Shown here: in pieces, positions 1 to 12,715 of the stretch | Layout: each line of letters starts with the position of its first letter | How positions within the stretch are numbered: position 1 is the first letter of the stretch | NCBI GenBank assembly: GCA_964016885.1 | Contig: OZ024741.1 | Location: 85,932,001 to 85,996,000 of the forward strand | Direction: 5' to 3' | From: Eledone cirrhosa | Taxonomy: Eukaryota | Length of the DNA: 64,000 nucleotides | Notes under the pieces: generated by a model | The model's input: the letters and a program-made list of their open reading frames with translations, nothing else | Told to the model about the DNA's origin: nothing | The model's database searches: none | Program-made: the position numbers and the translations under genes

Positions 1-1700
1 CCAGCTGCGTTGGACATCTGCATACTGGGGAACGGCGAGGTCTTTATCGATCCAATCGGCCACATCTGGTTTTGCTGTCTTACGAAAGACCTCACTAATG
101 AGGGTGCGATTGGGGGAGAATGAAGATAGGTAGGACAGCTGTGCTAGGCCAGATGAAACTCGGAGGCCAAGGTCACCGAATTTCAGAGGAGAGTCTCGCC
201 TATTGCCAGCCGGCGCTGTCGAAACTAACATTGCAGATGAGCTCATCATAGCATTGGATGATGGCGTCGAGTTCGACGAGGCGATCCGTAAGAGGTTGAC
301 AGGGCACACCACACAGTGTAAAAGTTCTTCGGAAGGTAGAGCACCGGGTGAGTGTCAATGAGGTGCAATCTCTCTACTATCCTCGTCAGGCCAGCATGCT
401 TTGTTTCCAGGCACTCTCCTATGACTTTCAAGAAATTTGAAAAGCCGAGGATGTATGCGTCATCTTTCTGTGTTAACCATGCCCCAGTCAAAACAGGTTG
501 GATGCTGAGTACGGAATCTTGAATTTCAGATTCACCGTAGCTCACATTTACCACCTTGGACTTGGATAAGTTGATCTCAAATCCAATGAGCGATAGGGCT
601 GGGATGACTTGTTGAATGTCATCAACAACAGACTCAACCGAGCCACCCAGTGTCGCGTAATCCAGGTACTAGATATTACAGGATGAGCGGACTGAGTGGG
701 GTGGCGAAGGGGATGCTCAATGAAGTTTCTGGCTGCATGAGCAGCTGTCCCACACCCGCACTTAACTCCTACACTGAGTTAGACAGGGTATATCTCCTCG
801 CTTAGCTCTACCATGACTGATCTGTAAGCTGTCATGGCCGCCATCGCCGAAAGACATTTCCTACTTCAGTAGGTCGGGTGCCTCTGTTATTCTTCTTCAA
901 CGCAGTCTGATTGGCTGAGAAAAAAAGATGACGGGAATAGCGGGGGAGGTCGGTTTGGAACAGACTGTTCGTTAGAGCAGTAATCGACCGAAGGAGATGT
1001 ACTCCCGCCTCAGTGGAGTATATCTCTAAGGGGAACAATTTGCAGGCCATCTACTCTTCTATTGCTGCTCCCTGTAAAGGATCTCAGTGCAACAATCAGA
1101 TTTTCACGGTGATGTCACTAGCAGGGACTTGGAAGTTCCTGATATCGACCAGAGAGCCCGGATGCTTAAGGATGAAAGCAGCCAGGACAACCGCTGTAGG
1201 CCGGAGTACCATGTTGCTCGAAGCCAGCGCCGGCACCGCAGCAGAAACGTCACCCCCAATTAGTTTATAATTAACTCAGTCGCGGAGACGTTTCGTAGTT
1301 GGAAGGGGACTTGTTGACACAAGTGGGCTGCAGGAGAGAAACGATGTTGCCACCAGCCTCGATGCCTGGGAGGGGACCGAAACCTCCATAGCCATCGGGA
1401 CCCCAAGTTCGAGTGTCGCACTGTTAGTGTCAAGCGCCTGGTCGATGGACGACGCTAGCGCTTCAACTGCCAGACTGCGGGCACCTTTGGGGATCCTGAT
1501 GATAACCCTCCGGGACTGCTTGAGGTGTGAAATCGCAACCAAGAATTCGTCCGGGCTGTGCAGAGTTAGTTCACCATTGAGCCGAGCTCCTCAGTCTACC
1601 TGTGGTTTCGAGGAGGTTAAACAGCGTGGGAAGTACTACCGGTCATGTTGGATGGTTGTTTTAGCGAGTGATGCTGGCGATTCTCTGCAGCAATGCCTTC
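1..1700 (-). mobile_element. Decayed non-LTR retrotransposon RT region, CRE (SLACS/CZAR-like) clade; runs off window start
   Basis: Minus-strand translation gives FFSANQTALKKNNRGTRPTEVGNVFRR (cf. FFGASLxALxKKDGGIRPIAVGxxxRR) and NI*YLDYATLGGSVESV...IGFEINLSKSKV (cf. WYLDDxTLGG...GLxLNxxKxE). It contains stops and frameshifts; the right boundary is approximate. Confidence 0.8.
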
Positions 1701-2299
1701 GCCATTATTTCCGCGGGCCGCAGTTAAAACTTATTGCTCAGACTGGAATACAGTCTGTCACTCCGTCCACTCCTGTCCTTTCTTTCGTTGCTTAATTTCT
1801 TTTTCTTCTCTATCTTTTTCGTTTCCGTATTGCCATTTATATTAAACTGTTAATACAAATAAATGTTAGCAATTACGTCATTTAGTAAGTAATGTTTACC
1901 TCTTGAGAGAAATCAATAAAATTATTTTCATTATAGCAACGATGTCTTTATAACAACCCCCCAACGAGCGTAGCAAACATACAGTTAAGAGAAATACTGG
2001 TTTAAAAAACTAGTGTATTTAATATCAAAAAAAGAAAAAAAGAAAAAAGCTTATAAACATGATTTTAAAAGGAAAAACGAGGAAAATCATTAAGATGAAA
2101 TATCAGAAAATATATTAAAGATTACTGGAATATCAGGAAAATTTATTTTAGATTAAAGCATGGCGTCCGACCCTCTACCGATACTGCCAATCTACTGCCC
2201 TTTATTTTAGATTAGTATTAACAGATTCGCGTAGCTAAATCATACAAACTTTAATTTTATTACATTAAAATTTAGGATGATGTTTTCACCGTGTCCTTT

Positions 2300-2960
2300 G
2301 CCTCCGTTCTGCTTCACGTGGCTCAATTCTGTACCGCTTCATCAACTGGTACTCTTCTTAATGATGAGTGCAATCACATCAGAGTAGCCCAGCGCCTCGG
2401 CATCCGCGTATGTGACCGACACAAATTCTGTTGTGGAGCCGTTGTTGGTGAGCTTGGTCTGCATCCGCTATCCTGCCGCCATAGTGCAGGTCAGTTTCCT
2501 CGATACGCCACTCGGAACGATATAACCAGAAGAAGTCTCGACGCGGCCGGCCTCTCGACACAACTGGAGCCAGCTGGCCTCCACCGTGGTGATAGTAACG
2601 TCACCATTTTGCGACTAGTTTTCCACCACCAGCCTAGTCGCTACGGCCGCAAACCTCGGCATCACCACCAGCAATGCAGTGGAGAAGATAAACAAATACC
2701 GGGGCTTGATCGACCGCTTCCTTTTCGCGTGGGTCACTGTCGAGACCTCAGGTGTCCTCGATCCCCGCACTGCTGTTTTCCTACGTAAAATCTGGAAGAC
2801 CGCAGCCCGATTGAGGAAGGAGCCCCGTGTGGTAGGGTGGCCATTCTCAGCTAAAGCAAGCCGTTCGGACTGGGGTGTGCAGTTTTGTGCTTCGTCACCA
2901 CTTTCTCTTTCTTCCCTTTCTTTCGTTGCACAATTTCTTTTTTCTTTTCTTCTTTTTTCC
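2300..2960 (+). mobile_element. 3' end of a CRE-clade non-LTR element (zinc knuckle + restriction-like endonuclease region), degenerate
   Basis: GTLLND...RLGIRVCDRHKFCCGAVVGELGLHPLSCRHSAGQFPRYATRNDITRRSL...QLEPAGL (RHxxxND-type motif) is followed by KYRGLIDRFLFAWVTVETSG, then a T-rich tail. Confidence 0.8.
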
Positions 2961-2982
2961 TTTCATTATTATGAATAATATA

Positions 2983-3405
2983 AGGGCGGTGGATTGGCAG
3001 TGTCGGTAGAGGGTCGGACGCCATGCTTTCCAGCATAGTTACGTCCCTTTACGATCTGAGTTCAAATCCCGCCGAGGTTGACTTTGCCGTTCATCCTTAC
3101 GGGGTCGATAAAATAAAGTACCAGTAATGCACTGGGTAATTGCTGGCCTTGTGCCTAAAGTAGAAACAATTATTATGAATAATTGTTTCTACTTTAGTTG
3201 GTGGATTGGCGGTGGATTGGCAGTATCGGTAAAACGTTAGACACCATGCTTTATGGCATGAAGTTATGGCCCTTTACGTTCGGTGTTCAAATCCCACCTA
3301 GGTTAGCTTTGCCTTCCATCCTTACGGGGTCGATAAAATAAAGCACCAGTAATGCACTGGAGTAATTGCTGGCCTTGTGCCAAAAGTAGAAACAATTATT
3401 ATGAA
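2983..3405 (+). mobile_element. Two head-to-tail copies of a tRNA-derived SINE (family A)
   Basis: Each has an A-box-like TGGCAGTRTCGG, a B-box GTTCAAATCC and the conserved core CATCCTTACGGGGTCGATAAAATAAAGTACCAGT. Copies start at about 2983 and 3201. Confidence 0.8.
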
Positions 3406-3454
3406 TAACATCAATGGCGTAATTTGATCTCTTTTATAATTAACACCCAGATAA

Positions 3455-3675
3455 TAATGGTTTCTTATATAGGCACAAGGCCAGTAATTTGGGAGAAGGC
3501 GAAAGTCGATTAAATCGACCCCAGTGCGTGACTGGTACTTTATTTTATCGACCCCGTAAGGATGAAAGGCAAAGTTAACCTCGGTGGGATTTGAACTCAG
3601 ATCATAGAGGGCCGTAACTCTATGCTGCAAAGCATGGCGTCCGATCCTCTACCGATACTGCCAATCCACCGCCCT
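3455..3675 (-). mobile_element. SINE family A, full-length, minus strand
   Basis: Reverse complement of the 2983 copy (ACTGGTACTTTATTTTATCGACCCCGTAAGGATG...GGATTTGAACTC...TGCCAATCCACCGCCC). Confidence 0.8.
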
Positions 3676-3924
3676 AACACCCAGGTAATAATGAAATATG
3701 CAAGTACAATGCAAATTCAATATCTGTTTAATAAGGATAAAGCAATTAATAGGTATGTAAAGGCATTTAAATATAGAGTGGTTAAATGTCATGAGAATTC
3801 CAAAATTAACATAAGAAAAGCAATTTTATCTGCCTTTTATCTTGAAAAAATATGGACATATGATAATTTTTTGTCTACAGCATTGAAATCTTCAATCTTT
3901 GAATGTCAAATAAATATAGGTTTC

Positions 3925-4125
3925 TGATCTAGGCAATTTTGGTGGAGGGGAAGTCGATTAAATCGATCCTTGTGTGTTACTGGTACTTTATTTTATCGAC
4001 CCCCGTAGGGATGAAAGGAAAAGCTAACCTCGGCGGGATTTGAACTTAGAACGTAAAGGTATGTAACTCTATGCCATAAAGCATGTTGCCCCGCGCTTTT
4101 ACCGTTACTGCCAATCTACTGCACT
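3925..4125 (-). mobile_element. SINE family A, minus strand
   Basis: Same core and B-box. Further copies or fragments lie at about 2155-2200, 6165-6335, 7745-8075 (two), 12270-12475, 25757-25810, 31078-31190 (-) and 31855-32045, 32705-33110, 37480-37612 (+). Confidence 0.75.
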
Positions 4126-4549
4126 AATGTCGGACAAATATTGAAGTTGATATAGTTTTAGTTTATTTTTTACTGGGTAGTTCTCGTTTCTTAATGTTAG
4201 TTATTAAAAACTATAAATATGTTTTGTTTTATTTTCAATTATGTAGTGAGGTGTGAGTGGGGATTTTGTCTAAGATATTTTGTTCAAGGGTTGTTTGCTA
4301 GTGGGGTGTTTGTCCATATCCCGGTTATTCTGAGGAGACGACCAAAAGACTAGAGGGCATAACAGTCTTCCAGTTCCGAAGTAGCAGGTTTGGGATATGA
4401 TTTGCAGCAATACTTTCTCTGGTGACAACCTCATGATATCGACCTAAGATACAGGTTTCGTCGCCCGTCAAACTAAGGAATGAAATGAAGTTAAATTTAC
4501 AGCTCACACCTTTCTGGCCTTCTTCAGGCTTACATCTTATAGGAGGTTT

Positions 4550-4705
4550 GTCGAGTATTTTAAAGGTAGGTGCCACAGTCCTATCATGAATTACAATATG
4601 AAATTGTGCGTTTTGTTCAAGAACACAACGTGCCACACGATCCCCGAACTCGAACCCATATTCTTATGATCATGAGTCCAACACCTTAACCAATACTCCA
4701 TGGGT
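4550..4705 (-). mobile_element. tRNA-derived SINE, second family (B)
   Basis: The minus strand has a tRNA-like head (GGTTAAGGTGTTGGACTCATGATCATAAG...GGGTTCGAGTTC). Related pieces lie at about 17075-17150 (-), 28960-29200 (-) and 36485-36750 (+). Confidence 0.55.
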
Positions 4706-7531
4706 CATCACGTCTGTTGATCATAACAAGCTGATCAAGTGCCGGCTACTTTCCAATACTGCCAGTTACTCAACCTGTGGCATTCAAGTGTTTCGTGAAT
4801 GCTGGGTATCTGACAACCAGATGTTTGTCACTCTTGTCATATGATGCAAGTGAGAGTGATTGTCTATTCCAGTGCTTTAACCTCGCTTTCACCCGTGGTA
4901 GTACTGTGAGTGTTTTGATTTGCCTCATATATTTTCAGTGAGCAATACCAGCATTCCCTGTTGTAGTATGTAATTGAGTATGCATACCTTCTTATTTATT
5001 CTTTTCTCTTTGACACCTTTTTTTAAATTGTTTTCTATCTTTTATAAATCATAAACCTTATGTAAACGTTATAAGATATATCTGATAAGTTTCTTGTCAA
5101 ATGTACAGCGGTGAAAACATCTAGTGTCATGGGTCCCGAATCCCTACCTCCATTCGATTGGAGTTAAGATAGACATCCGTAGGAATAAATCCTGCAAGGT
5201 GGACTGGTCCCTTTCAGTTATGCACCACATTCTTCCAAATAAAATGATTTCACCCCACAGTTAGAAAGCTGACGAACCTAGTTTTTAACAATTCTTGCTC
5301 AGACCTCACTAAGAAATTGCTAAGCCTGCATTTTCCACAACATACTCCACACTCACCTATGCCAAATAATGTGACAGGTGATAACAAGATACGAACCTCT
5401 TCGCTGCTTTGGATATTTCCGCAACGGTGCTACGTGGTAAAGATATTTAGCAATATATTTATTGATCGCAGGAAATTATTATATATTTCATTTAATTATA
5501 CAAATTTTCACAAAACTGTGATCCTTAAAAGTTCAGTAATGAACCTCTCTCAGGTCTGTTCTCTAAGCGGCTGCCTAATTGACATAATGGTAACGCTGTT
5601 CCTGCCTTTAGCACATCTCCCTCACATTTCTTCAAGGTAACCCACTCACCTTTTTGTCTCCATATACCACGAAGCATTTTCATGTTACGCTGCAATATTA
5701 TAAAATCTTCAGGTTCGCATGTCTGTAATATAGTAATAATCAGAGGTCTTATCAGCAATAAAATTGATATGGGAAATGTGCGGTTCAATTCTTCATAGCG
5801 GCCAATGGCTACTTCCTTTTCCATCTTTAAAGGTCTTCACTCTGTTTTATAAGCTATTTTATAGCATCTCCATGTATGAACTCTTCATTCTTTATATTAA
5901 CTTTATCTTCTCAACGCTTCGTAAAAGTCCGAGAGATAGGCTACCTATAAATTTGGTTATATTTAAAAGATGTTATTCAGCTACTTAATTTACGACGGTA
6001 AGAGTTGTCGTGGTCCCTAACCCATATCTGGGAGACATGGAGTTCGATTCCTCAAAGCAGCCGATGGCAACTTTTTTTACCGTCTTTAAATGTCTTCTTA
6101 TAAGCTATTTTATAGAATCTTCGCACATAAACACATCATTTTTATATTAACTTGCTATTTTACAATTTAGGCACAAGGATTAAATCATCAACAACATTTT
6201 ACTGGTAAATTGATTTATCGACACCCGAGGAGTGAAGGGCATAGTTGCCTTCGATTGCATCTAAACTAAGAATGTAAAGATTTGTTACAAATGACGCCAA
6301 GCATTTTGTCCCATGCTCTAACGATTTTGGCAATCCAAAAAAGCTATTGCTTGAATATCTACAGAAGTGTTTGACTAGCTAAAAATAATAATCAAATTTC
6401 AATCAAAACACAAACTAACAGTTTAACAAAATATACATTGGATAATGTAATTCTGGGTACACTATATCTAAAATACATAAACAGACTAATCATGGCCAAA
6501 ACATCTATCATAATTAGTTCTGCTCGACCAGAATTGACCTCGGACGAAACGACAGCAACAGATACACACCTATTTATCTCCCTTGGATATAATTTTACCA
6601 CTTAAAATAACCATTACTTATCTCCCTTGCATTTGCTTTGATTAATGTATCCAGCATTATCTCCCTTTGTTGTAATACTATTCATTTTAAATAGCCATGT
6701 AGTGAGTGTTAATAAAAAATATTTTTACGTGGACTACGGAATAAGTAAATCTTTTTGATAATTGCAAATAATCAGAAAAGGAATTTGATCATGTAACATG
6801 ACATCCTTATAATCTTAACTCCAGCAAATGCATAGCTAGACCTCGTTAAAAGAGGAATAGAAAAACCAAAACAAGTGGTACTTGGACAATATTCAGAGAT
6901 GGACAGAGGGAAAAGATAATAGAAAGCATGTAGTTGGTTGACAGAAGTGTGTGGGTCTTAAATTAGGTGACAGGGACTAACACACGGCTGATTGCTGCGA
7001 ACACGAGCTTTGTGTACACTGCTTATCTAAGTTGACACGAACGGACTCCTGGCAGCTGAAAGCAAACTGGTGTGATTTCAATGCTTAGCTAAGGTGTCAC
7101 AATAGCGGACTAGTGAAGGCCAGAAGTGTGTTTCCACAGCTTATCTAAGGGGACATTGGCCAACAAACTGTTGAGGGTGATAAAATATATTTTCATTAAA
7201 GATGTAATCCTCCAAAGAGACTACTTTACTTTAGGCTTGCTGAATACCAGACAGATCATTGTACAATCATATTTAATAGCGCTTTGTTATACTCGGTATT
7301 TTCTTTTTTAACTAAATTGAATCAGATGTATTGAATCATTTGTAACGCTATTAAATGGTTTAAAGAAATCTACTGTCATGTATATATATATATATATATA
7401 TACATTATGGATGTTCTTTTCATTATCCCTTGCTCCCCATGGATAAATATAGAGTATACCGAGTTCTCATGTCAATGAAGCACAGGTAACTTTGTTGTAC
7501 AGTATATATATGTGTGTGTGTGTGTGTGTGT

Positions 7532-7584
<53 letters not shown>

Positions 7585-8439
7585 CACTTGCACACTTACA
7601 AACACATGCATAGGTGCGCGCGCGCGTGCGCGCACAGAGAGGTGGGGACGGGAGAAAATCACACTTAATAAGACAAAGTTAATATTTTTGAAATCGTAAA
7701 AATCAGACAAGAATATTTTCAATATGTTGTATGCTTCATAATAATGGTTTCTGATTTAAGCGCAAGAGCAACCATTTTGGAGACAGGAAAAGTCGATCAA
7801 ATCAACTCCAGCGCGTTACTTGTACTTTATTTTATTAACTACGTAAAAAGCTAAGCTAACCTTGGCACGATTTGAACTCAGAACGTAAAGAAACGTAGCT
7901 ATGTCACAAAGCATATTGTCCAATACTCTACTGGTACTGCCAACTCACCTCCCTATAATTGCTTCTACGTTTGGCACAAGGCCAGTAATTTCAAGGGAAG
8001 AAGAAAGTCGATTGAATAGACTCCAGTGCGATACTGGTACTTTATTTTATTGATCCTGTAAGGATGAAAGGTAAAGACTTAATTAACTTATTGTATATAG
8101 GTTCATAAACACCTTTATTCTGAATCATGTTGTATTAGTGCTATCACTAATACTGGTCAGTCAAGCTTACACTACATGTAAATAAGCTATCAACAAGATA
8201 CCTCAGTATCTTGTACGTAAGCATTCCTAATGAAGAATAAAAAATCTTGAAATATAAGTAGTGCTTTACACAGATACTGAGGTAGTTGCGATATGTTCAC
8301 TGCCTGAAATACTCCCAGCATGACTATGTGATGTTTATTATACATAAACATGTTGTAATATGGGTCAATATAAGCCTCTATTCTGAACCACACTGTGTTA
8401 ATGCTATTGCTAAATATTAATAAGAATACATATAATCAC

Positions 8440-8600
8440 AACAGGCATGGTTGTATAGTTAAAAACTACAGTTTATTAAACAATGTGCTTCAAGGTTTGA
8501 TCCCACTACACAGGACCTATGGTAAATATTTTCTACCATAAGCCTTCGGTTAACCAAAGCCTTGTAAGACAAATTTGGTTGATGGAAACTATATATAACT
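8440..8600 (+). mobile_element. tRNA-derived SINE, third family (C), degenerate
   Basis: Head GGCATGGTTGTATAGTTAAAAA...GGTTTGATCCCACT. Reverse copies (GAACTCTTTAACCACACAGCC-type ends) lie at about 15800-15925, 28090-28225 and 39825-39980. Confidence 0.5.
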
Positions 8601-8614
8601 AACCCCAACCCACC

Positions 8615-9940
8615 CAACAAAGGGGACAGCCATTGAAGATGACAGTTATAGAGTAAAAGAAGCAATCAAAGAGATGAAAAATGGTAAAGCTGTATGACCA
8701 TCAGAGATAGTTGCTGAGATGCTAAAAAGCATTGGGAGAAGTAGGGGTCAAACTAGTAACCCTCATAGTCAATCAGGTTAATACAGGACTGAGTCACACC
8801 CAATGACTGGCACAGCAGTACAATCATAAACTGAAACAAGGGAAACGGTGATGCTCCAGAAAGAAGCAACTATAGAGAAATAAAACTAATGGACCAAGTT
8901 ATGAAAGTGACAGAAGAGTTACAGCACAGCTAATTAGGGAAAGTACTACAGATGCCTTCTTTTTAGTGAGGCAACTACAAGAGAGGTTCTTATCCAAAAA
9001 TAAGCCACTAAACCTAGCTTTTGTTGATCTATAAAAACCATTTGACAGAGTACCTCGATCTATTATCTGGTGGTCCTTAAGGAAATTAGGCGTAGAAGAA
9101 TGGTTGGTGAGAGCAGTGCAAGCCATATATAGAGGAGCTGTCAGTAAAGTGTGAATAAGAAGTGAGTTTAGTGAGGAATTCAAGGTTCAGGTAAGAGTTC
9201 ATCAGTGTTCGGTTCTTAACCCACTGATATTCCTCATAATTCTATAGACCATAACAGAGGAATTTAAGACTGGCTGTCCATGGACTTGGTCCTTATAGCT
9301 AAAACCATAAAAGAACTAGAGAATAAGTTCCAATGGAAACAAAATTTAGAATAAAACGGCCCAAAAGTAAACTTAGCCAAAACTAAAGTGCTAGTAAGTA
9401 TCAGAGAAAATAGAACTCTTGATTTCTTCAGGGAAGAGGCCCTGCTCAATATGTAGAAATGGAGTAGGCATAAACTCTATATGATGTACGCAATGTAAAT
9501 CTTGGGTACACAAGAGATGTAGTGGGATAATGGGTAGACTAACAGGAAAGGAAGACTTTGTTTGTAGAAGATGCACTGGGGTAACCAAGAGAACCAGTGA
9601 TATAAACCTATTCCAGTCACAGGAAGGACCCATAGAAGTTGTTCATAGCTTCTGCTATATAGGCGACGTAATTAGCAATGAAGGAGGGTGCTCTAAGGAT
9701 AGGATGGAAAAAAGTTCAGAGCTGCTCCCACTGTTGACAACAAAAGGTTTCTCCCTACATACAAAAGGACAGCTGTATGACACCTGTGTGAGAAGTGCGA
9801 TGTTGCATGGTAGTGAAACATGGGCTGTGACTGCAGAGGACATGTGTAAACTGGAGAGAAATTAAATAACCATGCTCCGTTGGATGTCCAATGTAAGTGT
9901 GAGAAAAAGGCAGAGTTTGGACGAGTTTATGGAGAAGCTT
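8615..9940 (+). mobile_element. Decayed RTE/RTEX-like LINE ORF2 (RT followed by a PHD finger)
   Basis: AIKEMKNGKAV..., STTDAFFLVRQLQERFLSKNKPLNLAFVDL*KPFDRVPR, KVNLAKTKV, a C4HC3 finger at 9441-9573, and KGQLYDTCVRSAMLHGSETWAV...MLRWM. It has many stops and deletions. Confidence 0.85.
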
Positions 9941-10239
9941 TGTTATTTCTGTTTGCTTTTTGCATACAAATATATATATATATACATATACAGATTAACC
10001 ACATTATTGTCGGACCTTCAGTGTATAATAGTGATCTGCAAAGTGTTGACAAGTGAGTATACTTCATAGCTAGTTATTTATCCCCCACCACCACCACTGC
10101 TCTTTCCTGAGTTTTAAGAGATTTTCTTTTTAGGAGAAATGATATGATGGTCTACCTTACAGTTTATAGTGTACTGTCCCTCTATATTCCAAAGTCAACT
10201 TTTGCCTTCCCTTAATCAATAATGTACAAGTCAAATTCC

Positions 10240-11430
10240 AGGAATTCTTCTCACTGCCAAAGTCAGGCGCTGCCTGCTCAGCACTATCGTGGCCCTCACC
10301 AACAGATTAATTCACGGCGTCCTGGACCCTTATTCCTTCTTTCCGGCTTGCCTCACAGCTCCCAGGAAGGAGGATGGTGAAATACGCCCCATCATGGTAG
10401 GTAACCTCTTCTAGAGGCTCACAGCCAAGATCATCTGCAAGTCTATTGCACCTGAGTTAGGCAAGGAACTCAGCCTGGTGCAGTTGGGGGTCGGCATGGC
10501 CAGCGGGTGCAATGGAGCCACCCGCGCTGGCCTACATATATGGATCTCCAAGCTCATTCCTCATTGCAGATATGATCATACTGTCTTCTACCAGCCTTCA
10601 ACAGGGTGATCCATCAGGCCCCTCCACTTTGCTCTCAAGGTGGACAGTGCTGCACAGAGCATTACTGCTCCTCTCAACAACTGGTACCAGGAAAATACAA
10701 CAAAGGAAGGCCCACAGAGAGTGTCTGTCAGGATCTCTAATCAGTCATTTCTGCTCTAGTGAGATCAACTCATCCAAGTCGGAGGTCATGTACATCAATT
10801 ACGATGCTGGGGGCTTCACGACCTCCCTCTCGGACATGCGATCAGGTGACCCTCAAGGAAAAGTCCTTCTCCTCAAATTGCCGATCCACCCACCTGCCAA
10901 TTGCTCTGCCTCAGGTTCAGACGTCAGCTAGAATCCATGACGAGTAGACTGAACCTGATTCACACCCACCCGCCACTCTTTCGCCATGCCAAAACTCTTA
11001 TACATGTTCCACAGTGCCCCCGGATACAGCCAAACATCTCTCCTCACAGGCATTGACTTCTGCACCCAACGGGCTGCTGAGGAGATATGCAATGCCCAGC
11101 ATGACGAAACCGGGTGGCAACAGGCCACGTTATCCGTCAAATATGGCAGCCTCAGTCTTCGGTTTCCAGTCCCACTTGCTCTACTCGCTTTCCTTTTATC
11201 AATGACCTCATACCATGTCCTCATCAACAGAGTTCTCTACAACACAACTGAACCTTCTGCGATCGAGGAGTGCAAGACGGGCTACGCAACATGGAACCAG
11301 CTCGGCCTCGACCCTGTCAACGTCCATCCCTCTCTCCCACCCGTAGACGTCCAGTCCCTAACAAAAAAATGGGATGCCATCCTTTGCAACATGATTTTAG
11401 ATGGGCTGGTGCATCCGGGGCATGCCTCCT
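10240..11430 (+). mobile_element. Decayed CRE-clade RT fragment (second copy)
   Basis: FFPACLTAPRKEDGEIRPIMVGNLF*RLTAK, VQLGVG, LQQGDPSGP, EINSSKSEV, MPKLLYMF, WQQATLSVKYGSLSLR. Confidence 0.8.
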
Positions 11431-11863
11431 CACAATACAACAGTATTTTTACAGGCAGTAACTGGAACAAATTTTCATTTTTCTATTCTCTTTTCCCTAT
11501 CTTCCATGATGGGTTCAATGCAACCCTGTTATGTAATTCTGTTGAGGTTACCTGATGAGATCACCCTGCCTTGCATCATATTTGGATGATGTAGCTGGGT
11601 CATTGAAATATGTATAGTGATTTCACGGTATTAAAATCTTATGGCATATCTTCCAGTACAGCCTTCTGTTGTTGTTTTATAAATACTGTACTCCGTTCCT
11701 GTACTAACCACTGGATACCACATCTACGATGGATGACTTGCATAACATTGAGTCTTTGGTTGATTTTTTACATCATCATTTGCCTACCGGAATCACCAGT
11801 TCTACCCTTAGGTAATCAAAGTAACTTAAATGGGGAATATATATGTATATATATATATATATA

Positions 11864-12020
11864 TGCCGTATTTCCTGGCACCAAAGACACTTCATCCTCG
11901 AGGGCACACCCCAATTTTGACAACCAAAAATTTGAAATAAATTATAAACAGCCTTCGGCTCCAGGATGCATGGTAGATTTTTGAGACTTATTTAAAAAGT
12001 AGCACCTTCGATGCCAGGTA
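11864..12020. mobile_element. Short pogo/Tigger-like MITE remnant inside (TA)n
   Basis: It starts TGCCGTATTTCCTGGCA (cf. TACCGTATTT TIRs), ends TGCCAGGTAT as an imperfect inverted match, and has TA runs on both sides. Confidence 0.45.
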
Positions 12021-12715
12021 TATATATATATATATATATATATTGGATGATCACAGTAATCCACAATAAGAACAAACTCAATGTCATAAACAGGAATAAA
12101 TTATGATTAGTTTTTATTGTTTTCTTACAGAATGGCCAAATATCATCACTCACATCTCTTCAGAGTATATCTATATGTATAAACATATATTGTTAAAGAC
12201 ACAACTATTTTCCAGGTTTCCATTTCTTCCAAAGAAACTATTAGAAAATATGAGAAGGTTCCAGTAATGATTTCTACTATAGGCACAAGGCTATATGATG
12301 GGAGGATGGGAAAGTCGATTAAATCGACCCCAGTGTATTACTGGTACTTTATTTTTCAACCCCATAAGGATGAAATGCAAAGCTAACCTTGGCAAGATTT
12401 GAACTCAGAATGTAAAGTGCCATAACTCTATGCTGCAAAGCAGGGTGTTCAACGCTCTAACGTAACTACTAATCTATCTAATAATGAAATTGAAAATGGC
12501 TGTGTTTTTAATTATACATGTATAAAACAAAAGCAGTTCCTGATATATATAAATATATATCATATATATCCACGTATAAATCCCATCAATGTAGCATTTG
12601 TTTTCAATTCAGGATTTTTCATGCGATATTTTCATGGAAAAATGTAACTTAATCATCACTATTATATACAGTATATATTTATATACACACAAATACATAC
12701 AAATATATATATATA

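Noticed and set aside
2983-3075. tRNA genes
   Set aside because: The A/B boxes belong to dispersed SINE heads; there is an extended insert and no complete cloverleaf.
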